From an uncultured Candidatus Saccharibacteria bacterium (GTDB lineage: Bacteria; Patescibacteriota; Saccharimonadia; Saccharimonadales; JACQNP01), in NCBI GenBank assembly GCA_964610775.1, contig CAZSZC010000004.1, positions 1-63,712 of the forward strand: a DNA stretch of 63,712 nucleotides. The letters run 5' to 3'. The notes beneath the pieces were generated by a model. That model was not told the origin of the DNA, did not search any database, and was given only the letters and a program-made list of their open reading frames with translations. A program made the position numbers and the translations under genes. Positions 31,812-40,420 of this stretch are shown piece by piece (position 1 is the stretch's first letter; each line of letters starts with the position of its first letter).

Positions 31812-32104
31812 TAGAGAGAGGTGTTGTACTAACACCTCGCAGAACTTCACCGTACCCATGACTATACACCCGCTAGTACAATAATGCTAGTACTTTATTG
31901 GTGTTTTATTTACATTAAAGTGGGGTTTCAAATTTAACACCATATTTGGTATAGTTCCCTTTTACTCTACTTTTTGTTATCCTAGTGTTTGCCAAGTTTT
32001 CTAAACCAAGCATAGCTGTTTAGAAAACTTACAGGAGGAAACGACTAGAGTGTGGAAGAAAAGTAAGTAGTTACTTTTCGGAAGTCGACCGTCGATTCCG
32101 ACGA

Positions 32105-32181
32105 GGGCGATTAGCTCATTTGGCTAGAGCGCAGCATTGACGTTGCTGAGGTGATAGGTTCGAATCCTATATCGCCCACCA
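32105..32181 (+). tRNA. tRNA-Val(GAC)
   Basis: Acceptor GGGCGAT/ATCGCCC, anticodon loop TTGACGT, T-loop TTCGAAT, CCA. Confidence 0.97.
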
Positions 32182-32183
32182 AT

Positions 32184-32212
32184 AAAAAAGCCCAGATTGT
32201 CTGGGCTTTTTT
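32184..32212. terminator. Bidirectional intrinsic terminator
   Basis: AAAAAAGCCCAGA-TTG-TCTGGGCTTTTTT. Confidence 0.85.
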
Positions 32213-32702
32213 ATTGAACAATCTTTGTATAGTCTGACTTCTGTAGTGCCATGAATGTATCTTTTAATTGACCATCTGGAATACTGTGTCCACATGTATT
32301 AAAAGTTTCGGTGTTACCGTTACTATAGAACTTAATAATATAGTCTGTGCCATCTGAATAATTTTCACATCTTCCGGGTGTGGCAAACTTATGCATACGC
32401 TGAAAATCTGCGTGCATAATGGCATCCTTAAGAGCCTGTGTAGATGCAATATCTAAATGTCGAACATTCGGTTCTCTGAAATGATGTATTTCACCCGTTT
32501 CATAAATAACGATATTCATCGGTGGACACTGTTTATCTCCACAATTGCCGCCGTATGACTCCATACTCATCAATACATTCGCACTCTTGTAATACCTTGC
32601 ATACACAAAATAACCAACTCCACACATAATAAGTACAGTGATAACCAAACTAATTATAGTAACGAACCAACTCTTTTGGAGAAGTGTTTTCTTTTCGTTC
32701 AT
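32211..32702 (-). CDS. Membrane-anchored hypothetical protein with Cys pairs
   Basis: N-terminal TM helix; TACAAT 6 nt before the ATG at 32702. Confidence 0.75.
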   Translation of the reverse strand: MNEKKTLLQKSWFVTIISLVITVLIMCGVGYFVYARYYKSANVLMSMESYGGNCGDKQCPPMNIVIYETGEIHHFREPNVRHLDIASTQALKDAIMHADFQRMHKFATPGRCENYSDGTDYIIKFYSNGNTETFNTCGHSIPDGQLKDTFMALQKSDYTKIVQ

Positions 32703-32716
32703 GGTTATATTGTACG

Positions 32717-33787
32717 TTATCTGTATTCTTCGCAAAGGCGTTGCAGATATCTGATATTGTGTATCGATGCCAAGGTGCCGGCTAGTGGCTCGCCAACTTT
32801 AAACTGATGGCGCAAGAACCCCTTACTATAGCCCTTTTGACAGGTATAGCAGTCACACCCTGGGTCAATAACCTTTGTATCCTCGGTAAATCTTTCATTA
32901 GTGAGGTGAATCTTTTTATCGCCCGCAATCCAAACTGTTCCGTGACGAGCATTCCGAGTTGGCAGAACACAATCAAACATATCAATACCATGCTCAATAC
33001 CAAATCGCACATCAACAGGATCGCCTACACCCAGAAGAAATCTTGGTCTAGGCGAATCATCATACAAATCCGCTAGGTAAGCCAGCATTTCGTGCATCTC
33101 TTTTTTGGTTTCCCCAACTGACAAGCCACCGATCGCAATACCATCAACAGATAGCGACTGAACAATTTCTAGACTCTTCTTTCTTAGATCCTTATCCAAA
33201 CCGCCCTGTACTACCCCAAATATTAGTGGCCTTTTGGAGTCGCTCATAGATTTAGTGAGTTTCTGAAATTCTGCCAGAGACCTCTCAAGCCAGCGATGTG
33301 TTCGCTCAAATGCTTCATGTGTACGATCCCGTCCCTTTTCATCCAAAGCGGTCACGTCGTCAAAGGCCACGATCATATCAGCGCCAAGTTTCATCTGAAT
33401 CTGAATTGATTTTTCTGGTGATAAAAATATGGTGTCTCCCGTTTTTGGATCTTTGAATGTCACTCCATCTTCGGTAATCTTACGAATTTTAGCCAAAGAA
33501 AAAACCTGAAAACCACCAGAATCAGTTAGTATTGGACCTTTTCGACGTGCAAACTCGTGTATACCACCAAGTTTCGATATAACGTCTTCCCCAGGCTGCA
33601 GATGTAAATGATATGTGTTACTAAGCACCACTTCAACACCAGTAGATTCAACCTGTTCGGGAGTTAGGCTCTTTACAGCGCCCCTAGTACCATCTGGCAT
33701 AAATGTTGGCGTATGCACTTCGCCAGACCGAGTACTAAGTACCCCAGACCTTTTAAATCCATTTATATTCTTTGCTGTAAAGTTCAT
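32717..33787 (-). CDS. tgt: tRNA-guanine transglycosylase
   Basis: TPTFMP, SNTYHL, TDSGGFQVFSL, GGLSVGE, DMFDCVLPTRNARHG, Zn site CDCYTC..HN. Confidence 0.98.
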   Translation of the reverse strand: MNFTAKNINGFKRSGVLSTRSGEVHTPTFMPDGTRGAVKSLTPEQVESTGVEVVLSNTYHLHLQPGEDVISKLGGIHEFARRKGPILTDSGGFQVFSLAKIRKITEDGVTFKDPKTGDTIFLSPEKSIQIQMKLGADMIVAFDDVTALDEKGRDRTHEAFERTHRWLERSLAEFQKLTKSMSDSKRPLIFGVVQGGLDKDLRKKSLEIVQSLSVDGIAIGGLSVGETKKEMHEMLAYLADLYDDSPRPRFLLGVGDPVDVRFGIEHGIDMFDCVLPTRNARHGTVWIAGDKKIHLTNERFTEDTKVIDPGCDCYTCQKGYSKGFLRHQFKVGEPLAGTLASIHNIRYLQRLCEEYR

Positions 33788-33842
33788 GATCGACTAATTG
33801 TAACAAATATGGGTCACCTTATAAGAATCATCATGCTTATAC

Positions 33843-34241
33843 TTGCAGTTAGTAATCAGTTTTGGCATTGTAGCTTATATGAGTATACAAAAATGGTACG
33901 GACTACCTCCAGACCGAGAATACGATCGCCGCACTTTGAGTTTTAAGACTGCTGTGGCGGCGGTTGCTGTCAAGTACGCTGCCTACTTAGGTGCTCTGGA
34001 AAGCTACATTGATCTAGCTGCAAACGACACTATTACTGGCAGCTACCCACTGCCTAGAACTATAGGGTTTATGGCTCTAGGATTTATTGCTGGCGAGTTC
34101 GGGCAACATCAACTCGAAAGATGTAGATTATCTAAGTTCGACGACAAATCACCGCCAATTGATAATGGCGCTACAGAAGTACTTGAGAATGAAAATAATG
34201 TGGCAAAACCGCATAATGAAGAGGATGATACTCAGAATTAG
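33843..34241 (+). CDS. Hypothetical membrane protein (start uncertain)
   Basis: Open frame with two hydrophobic segments and an acidic tail. Confidence 0.55.
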   Translation: MQLVISFGIVAYMSIQKWYGLPPDREYDRRTLSFKTAVAAVAVKYAAYLGALESYIDLAANDTITGSYPLPRTIGFMALGFIAGEFGQHQLERCRLSKFDDKSPPIDNGATEVLENENNVAKPHNEEDDTQN

Positions 34242-34334
34242 GTCGACTAGTACAAATTACACTTATCGCTGTAGATATTGACTTTTTCATTTCTTTATGT
34301 TAACATAAGCAGGTTAAACGGGAGGCGCTCATTT

Positions 34335-34454
34335 TTGAGTACCAACAAGAAGAGTTCTCTAGTGGACTTTAAACTCTTTTACGAGGAGTTAAAGCCATCA
34401 AAGAATTCTATCAGTCGTATACGACGCGTTCGACCAGTTTCTCAAGTAAACTAG
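34335..34454 (+). CDS. Unannotated 39-aa small protein (TTG start)
   Basis: TTGACT-17-TAACAT promoter with extended TG, GGGAGG SD 9 nt before the TTG, terminator at 34462-34491. Confidence 0.6.
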   Translation: MSTNKKSSLVDFKLFYEELKPSKNSISRIRRVRPVSQVN

Positions 34455-34461
34455 ACGAACG

Positions 34462-34491
34462 AAGCCCCTTGAGGTAACTCGAGGGGCTTTT
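34462..34491 (+). terminator. Intrinsic terminator
   Basis: AAGCCCCTTGAG-GTAA-CTCGAGGGGCTT followed by TT. Confidence 0.8.
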
Positions 34492-34592
34492 CATATGCTC
34501 AAAGAATCTAACAGAGGTGAATATGAGTTATCCCACTACTATTACTCACTTATCCACTTGAAAAAACACTAGCGTGATGTCAATATGTTGTC

Positions 34593-35000
34593 ATGGTTTG
34601 TATATATTGTGATCATAAAACTCAAGTTACTAACTCACGACCCCAGAGGCGACGTAACGGCGTATGGCGGCGGCGACAGTGCGTATCCTGTAAATCTAAC
34701 TTCAGCAGTAATGAAATGATCGATCTTAGCTCCTGTTTAGTGGTTTCTGACAATTCGGGCAAAATAGAGCCCTTTTCGCGCGATAAGCTACTAATTAGCC
34801 TAAATGATAGCCTTCGGCATCGTAAAAGCCATGTATACGACTCCAGTGAACTCACCGATACAGTCATAAATAAGGTTTTACATTTAATTTCTAGCGCAAC
34901 AATCACCCGAGATGAATTAGTAGGTGTAATTACGGAAGTACTAGATAACTTTGATAATGCGGCAGCCGTACAGTTTGCCGCCTTTCACCCTAATAAATAA
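34593..35000 (+). CDS. nrdR: NrdR-like regulator (Zn ribbon + ATP cone)
   Basis: MVCIYC..TQVTNSR..VWRRRQCVSC..FSSNE..EPFSRDKL. Confidence 0.88.
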   Translation: MVCIYCDHKTQVTNSRPQRRRNGVWRRRQCVSCKSNFSSNEMIDLSSCLVVSDNSGKIEPFSRDKLLISLNDSLRHRKSHVYDSSELTDTVINKVLHLISSATITRDELVGVITEVLDNFDNAAAVQFAAFHPNK

Positions 35001-36599
35001 CTATTCCTTGTCCTTTTTGACAAACTTAACGGTTGCGTCAAATGTATCTAGATACCATTTAAACATTAAACGCGTCTGCGAGTTGAGAGCCGCAAGCGAA
35101 TTAAAGGCAATGCTAGTGACCGGCAAAAGCACCCACTGCAAGGTCATAAAAATAGTTCTATGTGCCTTGTAGCGCTTCGGCTTGGGTGGTAGAACCTTAA
35201 AGCTAAGGAATAATGTGATAAATATGCCAAGCATTGCAACTGTCTGAATACGACTGGCAATAATTGGCAGCTGATTGGCCGTGAAGTCATCAGTGTTAAT
35301 TAAGAGTGGCACAAACGCGCCGAAAGCCAAAATTAGAGGTGCCGTAGCCCAACTTACATGCCCCTCAAGGAGTCGCAAGAACTTAAAGGTTACATCAACC
35401 TTGGAAATTTTATTCTTAGTAAAAAAGCCTTTTTCGGCAACATATGCTACATCTGAAGCTCCCCATGCCCAGCGACGAAGTTGAATAAATTGTTGCTTGA
35501 ACGTCTCTTTGTAAGTTGAGGCCAGAACCGCATCCTGATAGACAGGCACTAACATTGGATAAACATTGTAATTGCCGTCGAACCGGAAATAAGATCGCCA
35601 AAATTGGTGACCATCTTCAACAATTGTTCGAACACTTAAATAATTTGTATCTATCATGCCCTGCATACTTTGAGCGTGAGACGAAAAGTTACGAATCATG
35701 TGTGGACGCATAGATAGCACTACATTCCAAAATGAGTTACCGGTCGCAATCACTCGCATAAGCGCTGGTGCATCCCAAATATTGTTGGTGTAAATTGGCA
35801 CCGGTTGATACGAGGAATGAACTGGGTCAAGAGTCGAAGCCACCATGTAGGTTAGAATGGCAAAATAGTTTGGATGCGGCCTATTATCAGCATCAAACAT
35901 CGTAACCATAACTGATGACGGATCGATATTCTTCTTGTCTAAATACTCCTTCAATCTAGCGCAACCCCAGGTACCATTCGGTCCTTTGCCCTTCACCTCA
36001 TTAGCTAGGTCTTTCGGATGCTTGGTGGCAAATGCATGCCGAAAATGCTGACCATATTCTTTGATCAATGCCTGGCATTCTTTTTCTATTTGGAGTCCGG
36101 CGCGTTCTTCATAAGTAAGCACAAGGATAGTCTTTTTTATATCGAATTTAGAGTCGATAATATACTGGATCGTTGGTTCGAGTATCGCCCTTCCGTCGGT
36201 GTGTGTAGGAATAATAATAGCGTGTACGACTTCGTTGGGTTTTAACGGAACAGGCGATGCCTGAATTCGTGCGATATTTTTCTTGTGCCACGCCGGAGAA
36301 TTAGGACTGCTCACTTCCAACTTTTCCAGATCTTCTGTTAACACTGCCCAGTCGAGTTTTTCATACTTTTTCAGCTGTCTCCAGCCTTGAATGACTCGAA
36401 CATTTAACCCGATTGCACGAGCAAACCAGATCAGAAAGAAACCTAAAATAAACATAGCAGTTAGACGAGGATCTAATAAACTAACGGCAAAAGGCAATAT
36501 CAATATACTCCAGCTCAGGAACCCAGGTAGCACCTCAAAGAACCTATAACGTCTGGTCTTCTCTGAGTTAAGCGGGATCTCTAGATCATTAATGTTCAT
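35001..36599 (-). CDS. Membrane glycosyltransferase family 2
   Basis: GKGPN, DAD, EDGHQFWR, QLRRWAWG (QxxRW); multiple TM helices. Confidence 0.92.
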   Translation of the reverse strand: MNINDLEIPLNSEKTRRYRFFEVLPGFLSWSILILPFAVSLLDPRLTAMFILGFFLIWFARAIGLNVRVIQGWRQLKKYEKLDWAVLTEDLEKLEVSSPNSPAWHKKNIARIQASPVPLKPNEVVHAIIIPTHTDGRAILEPTIQYIIDSKFDIKKTILVLTYEERAGLQIEKECQALIKEYGQHFRHAFATKHPKDLANEVKGKGPNGTWGCARLKEYLDKKNIDPSSVMVTMFDADNRPHPNYFAILTYMVASTLDPVHSSYQPVPIYTNNIWDAPALMRVIATGNSFWNVVLSMRPHMIRNFSSHAQSMQGMIDTNYLSVRTIVEDGHQFWRSYFRFDGNYNVYPMLVPVYQDAVLASTYKETFKQQFIQLRRWAWGASDVAYVAEKGFFTKNKISKVDVTFKFLRLLEGHVSWATAPLILAFGAFVPLLINTDDFTANQLPIIASRIQTVAMLGIFITLFLSFKVLPPKPKRYKAHRTIFMTLQWVLLPVTSIAFNSLAALNSQTRLMFKWYLDTFDATVKFVKKDKE

Positions 36600-36961
36600 T
36601 ATTTAACACCGTAAATCAAAGCGTTGCTTACAATTATAGAGAGAACTAATAGCAACACACCCATGCTGAGTATGGCTAACGAATACTGGCGACGAATTGA
36701 ATATAACTTAATACTCATGATGCTGTGTATGGCCATAACCATGCCGGCAAAAATTATAAAACTCATATAAGTTAGGACAGATGTGCTGTAAGTATAAGCG
36801 CTAAGTCTACCCAGATAGGGCCTATATTGAATAAGGTGAAGCTTGCCTCCACTACCCTGACCAATAAATACAGAAACGACCTCTAGAAGAACCAGAAATA
36901 AACTAGCACTTAAAAGCAAGAGAACAATTCGATCATGATAATACTTTTTTGGTATGTGCAT
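36599..36961 (-). CDS. Hypothetical membrane protein, 120 aa
   Basis: Three TM segments; coupled to the GT2 gene. Confidence 0.75.
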   Translation of the reverse strand: MHIPKKYYHDRIVLLLLSASLFLVLLEVVSVFIGQGSGGKLHLIQYRPYLGRLSAYTYSTSVLTYMSFIIFAGMVMAIHSIMSIKLYSIRRQYSLAILSMGVLLLVLSIIVSNALIYGVK

Positions 36962-37026
36962 GGTTTGAGATAATTATAGAACTTCTTGCCGTTTTGAACT
37001 AGTTATGTGTACGATCTTATAAATTA

Positions 37027-37101
37027 TGGTGCGGATGGAGGGAGTCGAACCCTCGTCTCAGCCTTGGGAAGGCTACATAATAGCCGTTATACGACACCCG
37101 C
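37027..37101 (-). tRNA. tRNA-Gly(CCC)
   Basis: Acceptor GCGGGTG/CATCCGC, anticodon loop TTCCCAA, CCA. Confidence 0.96.
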
Positions 37102-37113
37102 TAGCAGTGGTGA

Positions 37114-37620
37114 TTATATTATATCTTGGATGACAGTGAATACCTTTTGAAAATCTTCTTCGGCATCATTACCATTTAGTTTAATAGCAACGTCGCACGT
37201 TGATTCATAAAAGGGTCGCCGACGTTCCTGCAATCCCGCCAGCCCACCTTCGTTCAAGCCGATAATTCGTTCAAGCCGATCTGGGCCGAGCCGTATCTCG
37301 AGTTGAGATGAATCCACGTCAAGAAAAATAACTTTTCCTGTAGACCTTAGGTAAGTCATGGACTCGGCTTGTAACACCATGCTTCCACCGGTTGCTACAA
37401 TCAAACCAGCGGCTTTTATACTCTTAGCGGCGCGTATTTCAGCGTCATTAAAGTATTCAACCCCATGGTTACTAATGATTTCGGTTAAAGACATCCCTTG
37501 TTGTTGCTCTATTACATCATCAGTGTCAACAAACCCAATATTCAATTCGCGAGCCAATCCACGCCCAATCGTAGATTTGCCACTTCCGGGCATGCCGGTC
37601 AAGATAATATTACGTCTCAT
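37114..37620 (-). CDS. aroK: Shikimate kinase
   Basis: GMPGSGKSTIG, FVDTD, F..AE, IVATGGS, RRPFY. Confidence 0.88.
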   Translation of the reverse strand: MRRNIILTGMPGSGKSTIGRGLARELNIGFVDTDDVIEQQQGMSLTEIISNHGVEYFNDAEIRAAKSIKAAGLIVATGGSMVLQAESMTYLRSTGKVIFLDVDSSQLEIRLGPDRLERIIGLNEGGLAGLQERRRPFYESTCDVAIKLNGNDAEEDFQKVFTVIQDII

Positions 37621-37628
37621 GATCTATG

Positions 37629-37704
37629 TGGAGCCGATGAGCGGGGTCGAACCGCTGACCTACGCGTTACGAGTGCGTTGCTCTACCAACTGAGCTACAT
37701 CGGC
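37629..37704 (-). tRNA. tRNA-Thr(CGT)
   Basis: Acceptor GCCGATG/CATCGGC, anticodon loop CTCGTAA, CCA. Confidence 0.96.
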
Positions 37705-37752
37705 ATTTACTCTTTCGAACTGATTTATTATAGCAAAGCTAAAGTTGGTATT

Positions 37753-37986
37753 TTAGTAGCTATCTAGTTCGCTACGTATCTTATCTAAGAGCTTAACGTC
37801 ATCACGTCTAACACCTTCAACTTCAATAAGCGCCTCTCCAACGCTGCTATCCATAAGATTGTTTTCAACAAATTGTTTGATCCTTGTTTGTCGCCTCTTT
37901 GAATCTGGATCCAGATCCATGAGTGATGCATGAATTTCTTCACGCATCCTCTGCCTTGCTTCCGCCGGCTTATCTTCGTAAGTCAT
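37753..37986 (-). CDS. Small hypothetical protein, 77 aa
   Basis: Charged helical open frame. Confidence 0.55.
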   Translation of the reverse strand: MTYEDKPAEARQRMREEIHASLMDLDPDSKRRQTRIKQFVENNLMDSSVGEALIEVEGVRRDDVKLLDKIRSELDSY

Positions 37987-38023
37987 AATTCTAGCTTACT
38001 CTACTTTTGTGAATAAAAACCGA

Positions 38024-38401
38024 CTATTTGCTATTTAGGTTGCGTTTTCTCAAACGGAATCTACTAGCATTTTTGGGCTTTTCGTTTGATTCAGTTTTTT
38101 CAATATCTTTTTTTATATCAGTTAGTGGAACTTGGCCAGTGCGAGTAGCGACACGCCTTAAGCGTTGAGTAATATCAGTATCATCATGTTCTACTGTCTG
38201 GCTGTGCTCAACCTTATTCGTAGGGACAGCATCCACAACTTCAAGCACCGCGCCCTGTGTATCCGATGGCAAGCGACCATGTTTCTGTAGAACTTCTCGA
38301 ATAGTATCACCCAGACTACTAGTGAAACTTTCAGGGAATATATTTGAATCCGATACTTCGTCAACAAACTGTGGTGTACCATTTTCTGATTCAGAAGTCA
38401 T
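38024..38401 (-). CDS. Hypothetical protein, about 125 aa (start at MTSESENG)
   Basis: TATAAT 9 nt upstream of the ATG at 38401. Confidence 0.6.
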   Translation of the reverse strand: MTSESENGTPQFVDEVSDSNIFPESFTSSLGDTIREVLQKHGRLPSDTQGAVLEVVDAVPTNKVEHSQTVEHDDTDITQRLRRVATRTGQVPLTDIKKDIEKTESNEKPKNASRFRLRKRNLNSK

Positions 38402-38518
38402 AATTAAAATATTATACAACCTATGCGTAGTTTTGTAAATTAGACGTTGCGTTTTTTCTCTGTTCTTGGTATGATCCTCTCTGTTCTTATCGCAGATTAG
38501 GTGATGAACAAACAATGC

Positions 38519-38596
38519 GGGCTCGTGGTGTAGATGGCCTAACATGCCTCCCTGTCACGGAGGAGATCGCCGGTTCGAATCCGGTCGGGCCCGCCA
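38519..38596 (+). tRNA. tRNA-Asp(GTC)
   Basis: Acceptor GGGCTCG/CGGGCCC, anticodon loop CTGTCAC, T-loop TTCGAAT, CCA. Confidence 0.97.
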
Positions 38597-38639
38597 AACT
38601 AAGAAAATCACCCAAAGTGGTGGTTTTTTTAGTTTGATG
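38588..38639 (+). repeat. 52-bp direct repeat copy 1 (tRNA-Asp 3' end + terminator; att-like)
   Basis: GGCCCGCCAAACTAAGAAAATCACCCAAAGTGGTGGTTTTTTTAGTTTGATG, identical to 39574-39625. Confidence 0.97.
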
Positions 38640-39573
38640 GTCGTTTCGGTTTTGACTCGGCGATAGCGAATGAAATGAGCAAGATCGCCGGTGCGGTGGA
38701 GCGAGGACACGCGCAGAAGCTTGCTTGGAGCATGCCACAACGGAAAAGGACGAAGTCCGCTATCCGGTCGGATCTGCCAATCCGTATTTCGGTTGCCAAC
38801 AAGCAACTATCGACGGCGACAAAATAGTTCCCCACCCCGGAACTCACAGTCAGTCATGTTGACAATATGCCATCTTTATGATAGTATCTTTTTATAGTTA
38901 ACAAAAATTTATAGTTAACAAAAATAAAAATAAGGAATTTAAACTATGAGCCAAAGCCTAACTGAATCTGCACGAGAAGTTGTAGCAAACGCACAAGATA
39001 AGAAAGCTAGTGATCAGCTTGGAAATGTGGATTTGCGCAATTCTGGCTATGCTGAGGGAGCTTCATCTAAAGTCATTGCACATGCTTCAGCTGAAAGTCC
39101 AGATGGAATTAAGTCAAAAATAACTACTGAGTTCAAAAGTAACGGGCGCACAGGAAGTCATTACGATGGTAATCAGGCAGATCTAGAAAGACAGGGCGAG
39201 CAAGCAACTGCACATTATAAAGCTGCAGAAGGCTTTGTTTACCCTGATTCAGGTCCAGGTGTTCCAGATTATATTGATGGAGGAGTTGAAACTACTGTTG
39301 TAAGGACAGATGAATCTGGCAACGAAGTGTATCGTCATACATCTAAAGACCCTGCCTTTGCCGCAAAGGTCGGCAAAGTTGCAGCAAACAGGATCAACGA
39401 TCAATTTGATGACGGAGAAAAACAAATAGCTGCTTAAATGTAGTCCACTCACGTTAATCAGCAACTGATTGGACCGTCTCAGCGACGGGTCAACTCCATG
39501 AAGTAGAAATTGCCCTTTCGAGGGCTTTTTCGTTTCTAGAGAATACAAAATAGTTCCAGACCTCTAAAGTTAC
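38597..39573 (+). mobile_element. Putative integrase-less cassette 1 inserted at tRNA-Asp
   Basis: Bounded by the 52-bp repeats (986-bp period); holds a GC-rich element, promoter, one ORF and a terminator. Confidence 0.55.
38946..39437 (+). CDS. Hypothetical protein, 163 aa (cassette 1 cargo)
   Basis: TTGACA-17-TAGTAT promoter, AAGGA SD, UUCG-loop terminator at 39512-39530. Confidence 0.85.
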   Translation: MSQSLTESAREVVANAQDKKASDQLGNVDLRNSGYAEGASSKVIAHASAESPDGIKSKITTEFKSNGRTGSHYDGNQADLERQGEQATAHYKAAEGFVYPDSGPGVPDYIDGGVETTVVRTDESGNEVYRHTSKDPAFAAKVGKVAANRINDQFDDGEKQIAA

Positions 39574-39625
39574 GGCCCGCCAAACTAAGAAAATCACCCA
39601 AAGTGGTGGTTTTTTTAGTTTGATG
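39574..39625 (+). repeat. 52-bp direct repeat copy 2
   Basis: Identical to 38588-38639. Confidence 0.97.
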
Positions 39626-39916
39626 TCCGTCTGGTTTTGAGTTGGTGATCAGCGAATAAAATGAGCGAGATCGCCGAGTTCGGTCATCAAGCTCGCGCGC
39701 AGAAGTTCACTTCGAGCACGAATACAGATGTGCGCAGTCGGTCGGACCCGCCAGGTAGCGCTTCAACTCATATCCCGCTTAAGTCAGGCCCGTCAAAGCA
39801 TAAGCACTCCCACAAGATGCGTTTGTCCATTTGTGTTACAACAACTAAATTGACAAACCGACTATCTTATGCTAGTATTAATATATAAGTTAAAAAGTAA
39901 GCAAAGGAAAACAAAA

Positions 39917-40420
39917 ATGCCAGAAAAAGTACATGATCAAATCGCAGAAGCATACCGCTCTATTGATGACATAGAACAGTTAGCTATAAAAACCGGAGTT
40001 GGAGAAGAAGCCCCAGGCCAAGATGGCGTCGCGTATGCGAGTGTTACTAATGAGGGTAGTCATTATATTAATAGAGGGCTTGTAACGGACGATGCTGCAA
40101 TAGCAGTAGAAGATGATCTGATAAGCCAAAATCATAAAGACTGGAAACGAACTGATCCTATAGGTCCTCGTTATGCGAAAACATATGAAACAACTGGCAC
40201 ATATGATACATCTCTTCAAAGAGATGGCAAACTGTATGGTGATACAGTAGTGAAAAGAGCTGACGGCAAAGGCAGTGTTTATCAAGCTACCCTGAAAGGA
40301 GAAAATGGCGAAAAAGCTGCTGTTATTATCGCCAATCGGGCTGCGCGGCGAGTTCGTGAGGCTATAGTTGATCGTACGGTAAAGTTAGCAGACGAATTAA
40401 AACAAGAAGATAAGAACTAG
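39917..40420 (+). CDS. Hypothetical protein, 167 aa (cassette 2 cargo; distant paralog of 38946-39437)
   Basis: TTGACA-17-TAGTAT promoter, AAGGA SD, terminator at 40438-40470; shares GSHY and TVVxxxDxxGxVYxxT segments. Confidence 0.85.
   Translation: MPEKVHDQIAEAYRSIDDIEQLAIKTGVGEEAPGQDGVAYASVTNEGSHYINRGLVTDDAAIAVEDDLISQNHKDWKRTDPIGPRYAKTYETTGTYDTSLQRDGKLYGDTVVKRADGKGSVYQATLKGENGEKAAVIIANRAARRVREAIVDRTVKLADELKQEDKN

Noticed and set aside
38487-38897. ORF-track frames over tRNA-Asp and the GC-rich element (also 39661-39888)
   Set aside because: They overlap the tRNA/terminator, are not conserved between the two element copies and lack start signals.
39438-39510. Fluoride riboswitch-like words (ATGGAGTT..GCTGAT) on minus
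   Set aside because: Pseudoknot pairing and the GAUGAC..CUAC segment are absent; no downstream gene in that orientation.
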